Assembly (NCBI GenBank): GCA_030390025.1
Contig: CM059425.1
Span: 260,958,001-261,022,000 of the forward strand
Reading direction: 5' to 3'
From: Squalus acanthias
Taxonomy: Eukaryota
DNA length: 64,000 nucleotides
In this document: piece after piece, positions 47,801-60,999 of the stretch
Numbering within the stretch: the stretch's first letter is position 1
Layout: every line of letters starts with the position of its first letter
The notes under the pieces: model-generated
The model's input: only the letters and a program-made list of their open reading frames with translations
Databases searched by the model: none
Told to the model about the DNA's origin: nothing
Position numbers and translations under genes: made by a program

Positions 47801-50800
47801 ATCCTCTGCGCTGGAGAGGAATTTGGAGTGGGAGGGGAAAGATCCAGTTGTCGTGGTCCACTTAGGTAACAAATACATAGGTAGGACTAAGAAAGAGGTT
47901 CTGCTGAGGGAGTATGAGCAGCTGGGGACTAAATTTAAAAAGTAGAACCACAAAAGGTAATAATCTCTGGATTACTACCTGAGCCACGAGCAAATTTGAA
48001 TAGGGTAAATAAGATCTGAGAGATGAATGCGTGGCTCAAAGATTGGTGTGGGAGAAATGGGTTTCGATTCATGGGGCACAGTACTGGGGAAAGAGAGAGC
48101 TGTTCCGTTGGGACGGCCTTCACTTGAACCGTGCTGGGACCAGTTTCCTGGCGAATCGAATAACTAGGGCTGTAGATAGTGCTTTAAACTAAATAGTGGG
48201 GGAGAGGGTTCAGGTGAGGGGAAACTTAAAAAGTCAAAGAGGAAGGAGAAGGCAATAGTGCAGGGTAGCGATAGGGATAATGATAACCAGAGTGTGACAG
48301 GAAGGGACAGAGCGTAAAAACATAAGAGTGCAGCAGAAAGTAGAGTCAGAGTAGGGAAAAATGGTAAAAAGACAAAATTAAAAGTGCTTTATCTGAATGC
48401 ACACAGCATTCGTAACAAGATAAATGAATTGACGGCACTAATAGAAATAAATGGGTATGATCTGATAGCCATTACAGAGACGTGGTTGCAAGGTGACCAA
48501 GGCTGGGAACTGAACATTCAGGGGTATTTGACATTTCGAAAGGATAGGCAGAAAGGAAAAGGAGGTGGGGTAGCTCTGTTAATAAAGGTTGAGATCAGTG
48601 CAGTAGTGAGAAATGATATTGGCTCAGAAGATCAAGATGTAGAATCAGTTTGGGTGGAGATAAGAAATAATAAGGGAAAGAAGTCACTGGTGGGAGTAGT
48701 CTATAGGCCCCCTAACAGTAGCTACACTGTAGGACATAATCATGGGAGATTTAAATCTTCATATAGATTGGACAAATCAAATTGGCAAAGGTAGCTTTGA
48801 GGAAGAGTTCATAGAGTGTATTCGGGATGGTTTCTTAGAACAATACGTTGTGGAACCAACCAGGAAGCAGGCTATTTTAGATCTGGTAATGTGTAATGAG
48901 ATAGGATTAATTAATGATCTCATAGTAAAGGATCCTCTAGGGAAGAGTGATCATAGCATGATAGAATTTCACATTCAGTTTGAGGGTGAGAAACTTGCGT
49001 CTCAAACTAGCGTCCTGAACTTAAATAAAGGCAATTACAAAGGTATGAAGACAGAGTTGGCTAAAGTGGACTGGGAAAATAGATTAAAGGGTAAGACGGT
49101 AGATAAACAGTGGCAGACATTTAAGGAGATATTTCATAACTCTCAGCAAAGATATATTCCAGTGAGAAAGAAAGACTCTAAGAGAAGAATGAACCATCCA
49201 TGGCTAACTAAGGAAGCTAAGGATGGTATCAAATTGAAAACAAAGGCTTACAATGATGCGAAGATTAGTGGTAGGCCAGAGGATTGCGAAATTTTTAGAA
49301 ACCAGCAAAGGACGACTAAAAAATAAAAGAGAGAGAAGATAGATTATGAGAGTAAACTTGTAATGGAATAAGCCATATTCCAAGAAATACATCATCCTAT
49401 GTACAGATTTTGATAACATTAATACATGACATACTGGGTTTAAAAGTCTGGAAAGCCTTGGCAACACAGGCTGCAAACACAAAACAAGCTTTGAAATAGG
49501 AATTGGTTTGTAAATACAGAGACAAAGCCCCTATTGAAGCAAACCATTGGTGCTTCCAGAATGTCTAGAGTTTGGAACAAAACAATAGCAATGTCCAAGT
49601 AAAGTGTCAAATCCTAACACATCGAACAAGTGCACAGAACATTAAAAAAACCAAGTGCCTTTAAAAAAATGACATCAAGTAAAAGAAATACCTGCCGTAA
49701 AATAGTTTTATGTTAAACTTAGAAACAGGAAACACGATTAAATATGCAACCAATTGAAATAGCTAAGAAATGCAAAAAACACCCTGGTTGAAGCATTTTT
49801 GATTTACAAGTTGTAAAAGTTACAAATAGGAAGGCTTTGAAAATATAATATCAATAGATGACACCAAGCAATTACATTGTGTTTGTATTGAACATGGAAC
49901 ACCACGGAGTCACGACGTCTGGCTTACAAGCAGTTAAGTGATTTTAAGAATTCAATAGAAAGACTTCCTAAGAATAGCATCAAATAGATAAATCGACAAT
50001 AACCATAAAAATGATAAGTTTTTGAAACACCTAAAGGTAGAGACAGAATTCTAAAAGTTGGCAGCTGAAATGACAGTAAGAATAGAAAAAAATTCAATTA
50101 AGAATCACTAGAGATAATTAGCTTACATCAGCAGGAAACTTCAAAGAAAATACCACTAAAAAAAGGTATAAAAATAGAGCTTTTCAGATAGAGAGTCAGA
50201 AGTCGCTGGAAGGGCAAACGTTTCTCAACTTCACAGGCATGCTCTGTAAGTTTTCAACTCTGAGTCTCGGGTAATCACGGTATTTGATTTTGGTAGATAT
50301 TCTGCATTAAGAAATAAGTAGAAGTGTGGAAATGTAACGAAGTTAAGATTTGAGAATAAGGATCTCTGATAAGAAATGTAAGCTATTTGTATTTTGAATG
50401 GTTAAAGTCGTGATTGACTTATCAGCTGTTAACTGAATGACAGCTCTTAAATAAATCTATATATTTTTAGAATTGTCTCAAGTAGTATTTCTGTATCAAC
50501 CTCGCAAACTCAATTTCAGTACACTCTTCAGAGAGGAGTTGCAGAATTCTGGGGGGGTTTCCGGACCCTCATAATATCCAGAAGGTTACACTCTAGTTAA
50601 ACTTATTAAAAGTGCTATCCGGAGGACGGTAACATCTTCAGGCCATTTCTTTCCTTTAGGGAGAGGTAATCTGACCTTTAGACCCAATTAAGCATCTCTA
50701 GGATTCAGCTACCGCTAACTTTAGTTGAAGGTGAACGTCTGGGGAATACGCCTGATCTGGGGTAGTCTGAAAGGGCTAGGACTTGTAATTATCCCTTCAA

Positions 50801-53800
50801 ACTAGCAAGAAATGTAAAAACAGACAATAAGAGCTTCTACAGGTATATAAAAAGGAAGAGAATAACTAAAGTAAACATTAGTCCCTTAGAAGATGAGACT
50901 GGGGAATTAATAATGGGAAACAGGGAAATGGCAGAGACTTTGAACAAACCCCTTCATCTCCGCAATCAACCTCGTGAACCGCCTCCAATGCAAGTATATC
51001 CTTTGTTAAATGAGGAGACCAAAACTGTACGCAGTACTCCAGGTGTGGACTCACCAACGCCCTGTACAGATGTAACAAGGCTTCCCTACTTTTATACTCC
51101 ACTCCCTTTGCAATAAAGTCCAACATTCCATTTGCCTTCCTAATTACTTGCTGTACCTGCATGCTGGGGAAGCTGGTTACAGAGAACGTCAGCGTATGAC
51201 GTTTCATCTGTCAAAAATTTTTGACAGTTGAATTGTCATCGTTTGCTGGAAATAGTCATTGCTTGGCACTTGTGTGGCGCGAATGTTACTTGCCACTTAT
51301 CAGCCCAAGCCTGAATGTCATCCAGGTCTTGTTGCATGCGGGCATAGACTGCTTCATTATCTGAGGAGTTGTGAATGGCACTGACCACTGTGCAGTCATC
51401 AGCGAACATCCCCATTTCTGATCTTATGTTGGAGGGAAGGTCATTGATGAAGCAGCTGAAGATGGTTGGGCCTAGGACACTGCGCTGAGGAACTCCTGCA
51501 GCGATGTTCTAGGGCTGTGATGATTGACCTCCAATCACCACAACCATCTTCCTTTGTGCTAGGTATGACTCCAGCCAGTGGAGAGTTTTCCCCCCGATTC
51601 CCATTGACTTTAGTTTTACTAGGGCTCCTTCATGCCACACTCTGTCAAATGCTGCCTTGATGTCAAGGGCAGTCACCCTCACCTCGCCTCTGGAATTCAG
51701 CTGCTCTGTTCATGTTTGGACCAAGGCTGTAATGACATCAGGAGCCGAGTGGTCTTGGCGGAATCCAAACTGGGCTTCATGTGAGCAGGTTATTGGTGAG
51801 TAAGTGCCGCTTCATAGCACTGTTGATGACACCTTCGATGATTGAGAGTAAACTGATGGGGCGGTAATTGGCCGGATTGGAACTGTCCTGCTTTTTGTGG
51901 ACAGGACATAGCTGGGCAGCTTTCCACATTGTCGGATAGATGCAAGTGTTGTAGCTGTACTGGAACAGCTTGGCTAGAGGCGCGGCTATTTCTGGAGCAC
52001 AAGTCTTCAGCACGATAGCCGGGATGTTATCGGGGCCCATAGCCTTTGCTGTATGCAGTGCGCTCAGCCGTTTCTTGATATCACATGGAGTGAATCGAAT
52101 TGGCTGAAGACTGGCTTCTGTGATGGTGGGGACCTCAGGAGGAGGCCGATATGGATCATCCACTCGGCACTTCTGGCTGAAGATAGTTTCAAATGCTTCA
52201 GCCTTGTCTTTTGCACTCATGTGCTGGGCTCCACCATAATTGAGGATGGGGATATTCATGGAGGCTCCTCCTCCCATTAGTTGTTTAATTCACGACTGGA
52301 TGTGGCAGGACTGCAAAGCTTTGATCAGATCTGTTGATTGTGGGAGCGCACTTTCCGCTGTTTGCACTTGGCTTCCGTTTGCTCCCGGCGAAGAGACTCA
52401 AGGTGTTCGGCGCCTTCCCGGATGCTTCTCCTCCACTTTGTGCGGTCTTGGGCCAGGGATTCCCAGGTGTCGGTGGGGATGTTTCATTTTTTCAAGGAGG
52501 CTTTGAGGGTGTCATGGTAGCGTTTCCTCTGCCTACCTGGGGCTCTCTTGCCATGTCGGAGCTCCGAGTAGAGCGCTTGTTTTGGGAGTCTCGTATCGGG
52601 CATGCGGATGATGTGGCCCGTCCATCGGAGCTGATCGAGCATCATCAGAGCTTCGACGCTGGGGATGTTGGCCTGAGTGAGAACACTGACATTGGTGCGC
52701 CTATCCTGCCAATGGATTTGCAGGATCTTGCGGAGGCAGCGTTGATGGTTCCTCTCCAGTGCTTTAAGGTGCCTGCTGTACATGGTCCATGTCTCTGAAG
52801 CATACAGGAGGGCGGGTATCACTACTGCTCTGTAGACCATGAGCTTAGTGCCGGGTTTGAGATCATCGTCTTCAAACACTCACTTCCTCAGGTGACCGAT
52901 GGCTGCACTGGCACACTGAAGGCGATGTTGGACTTCGTCATCGACGTCTGCCCTTGTTGACAGTAGGCTCCTGTGGTATGGAAAGTGGTCCACGTTGTCC
53001 AAGGCCTCGTCGTGGATTTTGATAATCGGGGAGCAGTACTGTGTGGCGGGGGCAGGTTGGTTGAGGACCTTTGTCTTACGGATGTTTAGTGTAAGGCCCA
53101 TGCTCTCCTACGCTTTGGTGAAAGTGTTGACGATGGTTTGGAGTTCGACCTCAGTGTGTGCGCAGACGCAAGCGTCGTCTGCATACTGTAATTTGATGAC
53201 AGATGATGGGACAACTTTGGATCTGGACTGGAGGCAATGGAGGTTGAACAGTTTCCTGTTTGTTCTGTAGATTAGCTCCACTCCAGCGGGGAGCTTACTG
53301 ACGGTGAGATGGAGCATTGCAGCCAGGAAGATCGAGAAGTGTGTTGGTGCGATGACACAGCCTTGCTTGACCCCGGTCCGTATGTGAATTGGGTCCGTGG
53401 TGGATCCATTGGTCAGGATCACAGCTTGCATGTTGTCGTGAAGCAGGCGGAGGATGTTGCCAAACTTTTGAGGGCAGCCGAATTTGAGGAGGACACTCCA
53501 TAATCCCTCACGGTTGACAGTGTCGAAGGCGTTTGTGAGATCAAAGAAGGCCATGTACAGCGGTTGGTGCTGTTCCCTGCATTTCTCTTGTATTTGACAC
53601 GCGGTGAAGATCATGTCCATTGTGCCCCTTAGTGGGCGGAATCCGCATTGTGACTCTGGGAGGAGCTCTTCAGCCACTGGGAGAAGGCGATTGAGGAGGA
53701 TTCTTGCGATGGCTTTCCTTGTGGCAGACAGCATGGAAACTCCTCTGTAATTACTGCAATCGGACGTGTCACCTTTCTTGAAGATGGTCACGATTACGAC

Positions 53801-56800
53801 GTCTCTGAAATCTCCTGGCATGCTCTCCTCCTTTCAAATAAGAGAAATGAGTTCATGTATTCATGCCAATAGTGCTTCTCCGCCATGCTTTAGTGCCTCG
53901 GCAGGGATTCCATCTGCTCCTGAGGCCTTGTTGTTCTTCAGTTGTCGGATGGCCTTTTCAACCTCATGCCGGGCTGTGGTTGTGCTGAGATGGTGGCGGG
54001 TAGCATGCTGCGGGATGGAGTTGAGGACACTCGCGTCGAAGACAGAGTCTCGGTTAAGGAGATCTTCGAAGTGCTCCTTCCAGCGGGCACTGACTGCCTC
54101 TCTGTCCTTAATGAGTACCTCTCCTTTCTTGGTCGCAGTGGGGTAGGACCTTGGGTGATTGGGCCATAGGCGGTCTTGACTGCGCTAAAGAATCCACGCA
54201 CGTCGTGGTTGTCGGCTAGCTGCTGGATCTCCTGCGCTTTCTCCGCCCACCACCTGTTCTTTAGGTCGCAAATTTTTTGTTGGACCTCGGCCTTCAGGCA
54301 TCTGTAGAACTGCTTTCTTGCTCTCGAGTTGTGTTGCTGTTTCCAGATCAGGAATGCCTTGCGCTTGCGGTTTATTAGCTCCTGGCTCTCCTGGTCGTTC
54401 TCGTTGAACCAGTCTTGGTGTTTCCTGGTCAAGTGACCGAGCGTCTCTTCACAGGTGCTGATTATGGAGGTCTTGAGTGCAGACCAGGCGCTGTGGACAC
54501 TCTGGGCTGGATTTTGAAACTGGAGTTGGGTTGGGGTCGGGAATCACACATTCTGGCTTGTGAACCCGCCTCCATCGAGATGTGGCCAACCCACTGTATT
54601 TTCCCTTGATTGACCTTGTTGAGCCCGCCCAGTGGGCTCAGCAGGCCAATTAAGGGCCACCCGGCAACAGGTGACATCACAGACTGACATTTCATCTGTC
54701 AAGAGCTTTTGACAGATGAAATATCAGCGTTTGACAGCTCTGTGAAGCTGTCAAACACTCACAATATGATTTCTAACTTCAGTCCTTCCTTTCAGGCTGA
54801 CGTAGAAATCATTCCAGCACAGAAAACAGAAGGCTGCAGTTTTTGACAGAACCACGGCTTTCCTGCTTTCTGTGCCGGTGAGATTTCTAACTCCCGAGAA
54901 CAGAAGGACTGACACCTGCAGGAGGAAGTTAAGGTAAGTAAAACTTTTTCCAACACTTAGCACTTACCTTACACACTTACCTCTGCACACATGCACCCAT
55001 CACTCACCTGCCCACCAGACATATCGACCCCTCCAACCCCTGCAGACACACGGCCCGCCCCGATAACTTGGCGTGGTTGCCACCTGTCAGGAAGCCCACA
55101 CTTTTCTTTTTAAAATAGGGATTATGCAAAAAACTGCCTGTTAACTACCTGTTAACAGGCAGTTAATTGTCACTAATCCCTTCCCGCCTTGGGGAGTCGG
55201 GTCTCAGCACAGGTTGGGTACCCGCCGCCAAAGAAACTGGCATGGAGGCGGGATGGGGTCGGGACCCCCGAATCTGCAACTTTAACCCACCCCCCACCCA
55301 CCGCCGCCTCCAAACCCGACTCCACGGGTCATTGAAAATCCAACCCTCTGTGTCTCTGAATCACTGGGAGTCGTTAGGCTGGTTGTGAGGCGCAGGCTGA
55401 ATAGGGCTTTCTTAGCAGGGTCTTTGAGTGATCCAGCGTTGATTTTCCTGCGGCATTGCTTCTGTTGCTGCCGCTGTTTTGGGGCTACATTGATGGAGAT
55501 GACAGAGCGAATCAGGCAGTGGTCTGTCCAGCAGTCGTTAGCTCCTGTCATGGCGCGGGTGATGTGGACGTCCTTGCGGTCCTTCGCTCGGACGATGAAG
55601 TAATCCAGCAGATGCCAGGGCTTGGAGCGAGGGTTTAGCACGGTGGTAGTGCCACACAGCACGATGGAGGGTGTCCTCAGTGTGAAGAAGGGACTTTATC
55701 TCCACAATGACTGTGCAGTGGTCACTTCTACCAATACTGTCATGGTCAGATGCATCTGCGACAAGTAGATTGGGGAGGACGAGGTCAAGTAGGTTTTTCC
55801 CTTGTGTTGGTTCTCTCACCACCTGTCGCAGGCCCAGACTGGCAGTTATGTCCTTCAGGACTCAGCCAGCTCGGTCAGTAGTGGTGCTACTGAGCCACTC
55901 TTGGTGATGGATATTGAAGTCCCCCACCCAGAGCGCATTCTGTGCCCTTGCTACTCTCAATGCTTCTTCCAATGGTTTTCCAAGCTGATGCATCAGCTGA
56001 GGGAGGGCGGCAGGTGGTAATCAGCAGGAGGTTTCCTTGCCCATGCTTGACCTGAAGCCATGAGACTTCATGGGGTCCGGAGTCAATGTTAAGAACTCCC
56101 AGGGCCATTCCTTCCCGACTATATACCACTGTGCCACCACCCCTGGTGGGTCTGTCCTGCCGGTGGGACAGGACATACCCAGGGATGGTGATGGAGGAGT
56201 TTGGGACATTGGCTGAAAGGTATGATTCTGTGAGTATGGGCTGGATTTTGCCAGCCCTGGGGAGGCAGGTTTTGAGGCGGGACTGCCGGGAAAATGGCAG
56301 AATCTGGGGGCGGGTACCCAACCCGCCCCCAACCCGCCTACATACCATATTCCCAGGAGGCGGGCAGCCAACCCACGCCGGGTCCCACCTCCTGGAGGCG
56401 GGGAGGGGATTACAGCCACTTATCTGCCTGTTAACAGGCAGTTAAGAGGATTATTCCCATTTTTCCAACAGAGGCGCGGGATTCCCAACATCGGAATTCC
56501 CCGCCAGGGTCAGCGAGACGAGCAGTGGGTCTGCGGGGGTCGGAGGGGTGCAAAAGTGCACTGTGGAGGTAAATGATGGGTGCAAGTGTGGAGAGGTAAG
56601 TATGTGCGGTGAGTGAAAAGTGATAGAAAATGTTTACTTACCTTTGTTTCTTCCTGCAGGCTTCAACAGTTGGGGATGCGGAGACTCTCGCATCTCACCG
56701 GCAGAGATGACAGATGTCTGCTGCATTCTCCGATGCAACAGCCATCTGATTTCTGCTCACAAAAGAGGTTTGATGAGTCTTGAATACAAGGACTTGTCAA

Positions 56801-59800
56801 ACAACAGAGAATGTCAGTGTTTGACAGCTTCACAGAGTTGTCAAATGATGACAATTCAACTGTCAAAAATTTTTGACAGATGAAATGTCATACGCTGACA
56901 TTCTCTGTAACTGGCTTCCCCATAATTGGCCTGCTAAGCCCGCTGGGTGGGCTTAACAAGGTCAATCAAGGGAAAATAGCGTGGGTTGGCCACAAGTCGA
57001 TGGAGGCGGGACTAAAACCCGACAAGCAGCAGTCCCGCCTCCAACGCACCCCCATTGGCAAAATCACCCCTATGACTATGTCAGGCTGTTGCTTGACTAG
57101 TCTGTGGGACAGCTCTCCTAATTTTGGCACAAGTCCCCAGATGTTGGTGCGGAGGACTTTGCAGGGTCGACTGGGCTGGGTATGCCATTGTCCTTTCTGT
57201 AGCCGGTGCCGGCTTGGTCCTCCTTTGCTGAATTCTAAAATCCTCAGGCTCACTACTCTTTTTGGCAACATTATAAGCCTCTTCCTTTGATCTAATACAA
57301 TCTTTAACTTCTCTTGTTAGCCACGGTTGGACCACTTTTCCTGTGGGGTTTTTGTGCCTTAAAGGAATGTATATTTGTTGTAAATTATGTATTAATTCTT
57401 TAAATGCTAGCCATTGCTTGTCTACTGTCATACCTTTTAATGTAATTTCCCAATCTACCTTAGCCAACTCGCCCCTCATACCTACGTAGTTTGCTTTGTT
57501 TAGATTTAAGACCCTAGTTTCGGATTTAACTAAATTACTTTCAAGCTCAATATAACATTTTATTATATTATGGTCACTCTTCCCTAAAGGCCCCTTTACG
57601 GCAAGGTTATTAATTAACCCTTTCTCATTGCACAATACTAAATCTAAAATAGCCTGTTCCCTAGTTGGTTCCTCAACATACTGATCTAGAAAACTATCTT
57701 GCATACACTCCATGAATTCGTCCGTCACACTATTACTGCAAATTTGGTTTGCCCAGTCTATATGTAGATTAAAGTCCCCCATGATTACTGTATTACCCTT
57801 GCTACATGCACCTCTAATTTCCTGATTTATACTCTGCCCTACATTATAACTACTGTTTGGGGGCCTATAAATAACTCCCACCAATGTTTTCTGCCCCTTG
57901 CTGTTTCTTAGCTCTACCCAAACTGATTCTACTTCTTCATTTTCGGAGTTAAGATCCTTTTGCTCTACTGTCTTTATCCCATCCTTTATTATCAGGGCTA
58001 CCCCCTCCTCCTTTTCCATCTTGACTATCTCTTCTAAAAGTTAAGTATCCTTGAATATTTAGTTCCTAACCTTGGCCACATTGCAACCACGTGTAAGGTT
58101 TCCAAAATTTGCAGATCCCCAAAACCTAAGGAAAAAGGACTTTGGAACTACCTCAGAGTGATAAAATGCATTTGGGCCTAACATAAGGAATTTAAGACCA
58201 AAAACCAAGTTTTGGCATTTTAAAAGACATGTCTGGACCTGTAAGGGAGAAAAGGCTGCACAGGAGGTGGGTTCGACCTCTGTAATAGCAGTTTTGGGTA
58301 TTGCAGTTAAATTGCATTGTCTGGGGAATCGGGATGACCTCACTCAAGCCCCAGCAAGCATTAACATTTGGACAATAGACCCTGGGAGAAGGCAGCCCCA
58401 CCCAAAACACAGGCCCCATTAAAACCTATCACAGACCCATCAAAACCATGCATAATTCAAATCGCTCAGGACCATTCTATAGAAAAACCCGAGTCCAGCC
58501 TAGAAACCCAAAACACGAAACCAATCACCTGTAATCAACCAAAGAGATCGACAGGACGCAAGCCATTTGACACTTAGTAAAGTTGTTACTGTTAACGAGG
58601 TCTTACAATGACCGGGATTTGATTTGGTTTTGATAAGGCCACTTCAATTTAGTACAATTGAAGGCCCATCAAGCAGTTACAACAGTTCAAGTTCTCCAGT
58701 AAAACAGTTCAAGTTAAACAGAATTGAAAGCCTGTGTTGAACAGAAGTCAGGGCTGCAGTTACAGAAGCAGGCAGAAGGCAGTTTCCACAGTTCTGCAAG
58801 AAGGCAGTTTCCACAGTTCTGCAAGAAGGCAGTTCCACAGCTCGGAAGAAGACAGTTTAAACAGAGGCAGAGTTACAGCAAGAAGTTAAACAAAGAAGGC
58901 CAACAGCTTCACAAGCAGACCGACATGCAAGAAGAAACCAGAGCGACTGCCTCAGTGACCATCGGACACCTCTCGGCAACAAGGGCCTTACAAAACCTTT
59001 TACTCAAAAGACTCTAAACCCTAACTCTCAACTGTCAAGGATTCGTTTGGTGAGCATTATCCCTGGTTCTCCAGAGTCCAACCTAGCTAGTGAAGTGGGA
59101 TTGGGAGGGGTGAAGTATTCTTCTAATGTTATTTCCCTCGCTTGTACCGAAGTGTTCCCCAGCTTTAGAGTGATAAGAGTGTTTGTGTTGTGTTTTACTT
59201 CCTTGAATAAAAGTCAAAGTTCTTTCATCAAACCTGTTCTCTACTGCAACTTTGTTCACGACCCCTAAATAACTCCAAGGTCTAGAACCAGGGGCGTGGG
59301 AGCGATTCGAACCGCTCACTGAGTCAGAGGTGAGGCTGACCCCCGCTCACCACCCCCTACACACGTCTTTGTAATGGCTATTAGATCAAACCTATTAATT
59401 TCCATCTGCGCTATTAATTCATCTATTTTGTTGCGAATGCTTCGTACAGTCAGATATAGTCCCTTTAGCTTTGACTTATTTCTGTTTTTCCCTGATGTCA
59501 CCTTAGTCACTGGTCCTTTATTAGCTTTGTTACTCTCTCTGTCCCTTCCTGACCCACTCTGCTTATTTTTACCCAAAACTCTACTCTGCTCACGAGCCTT
59601 GACATGTCTCTCGTTGCTTTTAAATTTACTCTTTCCTGAATCCTCCTATCCAAGGACAAGAGATTTAAATTGAATGTATGATGGGATGGGGAGCCAGAAA
59701 AGGTCAGGGGGTGATCCTCACGAGCAGACAAAGAAGACTGGCAGGAAGAGACCAGCTGGCACCTTCGGGGATGAAGAGGAGACAGAGAATAATCACTTCT

Positions 59801-60752
59801 CCCAGACAGCTGCCTACACCAGCTCTTGGCTCCCTCTGCCACATCCAGTATCTCCACCACCCTTGATTTCCCCAGCCAGACAATGGCTAACCACGCTACA
59901 GGACAGGTTGAAAAATTAATCAAAGAGGCTAATGGCATATTCGCCTTCATATTGAGAGGGCTAGAATATAAAAGGGAAGCAGCTTTGCTACAGCTATACA
60001 AAGCTCTGGTTAGACCGCATAATGTGTACAGTTCTGGGCACCACACATAAGAGAGGACATATTGGCCTTGGAAAGAGTGCAGTGCAGTTTCACCAGAATG
60101 TTACCAGGTCTCCAAGGGTTAGATTATGAGGAGAGATTACATAATCTAGGCTTGTAGTCCCTTGGATGTAGAAGGTTAAAGGGTGATTTGATTGAGGTTT
60201 TTAAGACATTGAAAGGAATTGATAGGGTAGATAGAGAGATATTTTTTCACTGGTGGGGGAGTCTAGGACAAGGGGACATAAACTCACATTCAGAGCCAGG
60301 CGTTTCACTAGAGAAGTTAGGAAACACTTCTTCACGCAAAGTGTGGAACTCTCTGCTGTAAAAAGCTCAAGAAATAATTTTAAATCTGAGATCGATAGAT
60401 TTTTGCTAGCCAAGGGTATTAAGGGATATGGAGCCAAGGCGATAAGATACAGATCACCATGATCTCAATGGATGGCAGAACAGGCTCGAGGGGCTGAATG
60501 GCCTCCCCCTGTTCCCATGTTTCTTGTGTCTCGCTAGAAACCAGACGCTCACTCTACCCCTCCCTGTTTCTCTGACTCTGACCGTCGCCGCTCTGGACTT
60601 TCACCCACTCACAACCCTGCGGTGAAATGATAAAAAGGAGCAGTTTGTGCAACAAAATGAATTTGAACAGTTGTTATTGGAAAGCACCTACTGTAACCCC
60701 GCACCGAGACCGACAGCAGGACTGCGGAAAGCCAAACGTAGAGAGAATTCAT
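38866..60752 (-). CDS. Siglec-15-like activating Ig-superfamily receptor, copy B (309 aa); join of 60692..60752, 43736..44134, 43017..43370, 40985..41084, 38866..38881
   Basis: Same exon sizes (61, 399, 354, 100, 16), splice sites and open frame as copy A. 22 amino-acid differences by manual count, 21 of them in the two Ig domains. Confidence 0.85.
39005..40730 (+). mobile_element. Truncated CR1/L3 LINE, copy B
   Basis: Duplicate of 140..1865. Confidence 0.95.
40985..41084 (-). CDS. Copy B exon 4, transmembrane segment with Lys
   Basis: 100 nt. VAEAFPIAILCIPLGVKLLALFVMCIILFRDKTR; one substitution (E to D) versus copy A. Confidence 0.88.
41463..41677. repeat. Same 30-bp minisatellite, ~7 units
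   Basis: Same unit; 49 units (1470 bp) fewer than in copy A. Confidence 0.99.
42078..42938. mobile_element. Nested SINE pair, copy B
   Basis: Duplicate of 4683..5540. Confidence 0.85.
43017..43370 (-). CDS. Copy B exon 3, second V-set domain (V2)
   Basis: 354 nt with AG/GT boundaries. VTLPCMFTRP...DSHTYLCLVESKKLYNY...TRLEVIH. Confidence 0.92.
43736..44134 (-). CDS. Copy B exon 2, Siglec-15-like V-set domain (V1)
   Basis: 399 nt with AG/GT boundaries. (K)VYHNGWTM...LPCSFTHP...FNC...LCE...DSGDYRCRVEL...SLSVR. Confidence 0.92.
45735..46546. repeat. 69-bp minisatellite, 12 units
   Basis: Same unit, 276 bp (4 units) longer than in copy A. Confidence 0.97.
49359..50799 (+). mobile_element. Solo LTR, copy B
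   Basis: Duplicate of 11712..13157 with AACT flanks. Confidence 0.85.
58092..59361 (+). mobile_element. Solo LTR, copy B
   Basis: Duplicate of 20383..21652 with CACG flanks. Confidence 0.85.
60692..60752 (-). CDS. Copy B exon 1, signal peptide
   Basis: Identical to 22982..23042. Confidence 0.75.
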
Positions 60753-60835
60753 CGCCAGATCTTCGGTGTTCCGTCCTTCTCCCTCGCTGCTTTTTGTCTC
60801 CTGACACCGAAATACAGAAGTTGCTCGAAGTATTT

Positions 60836-60999
60836 TTTCACTTCCTGTGGAACCTGCAAAAACTGTTGATCAATCTCACTGAATGCAAGAGGCTAAGAGG
60901 AAGTCTCTTTATGTTGAGCACAAACCGAGAGTGAAGTGTTGCTGACTAACAGACCAGGGATATTTATATAACTGCTGGCAAAAAGAGGCAGAAACCACA
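60836..60999 (-). promoter_or_regulatory. Putative promoter of copy B (same motifs)
   Basis: Same motif cluster at offset 37710. Confidence 0.55.
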
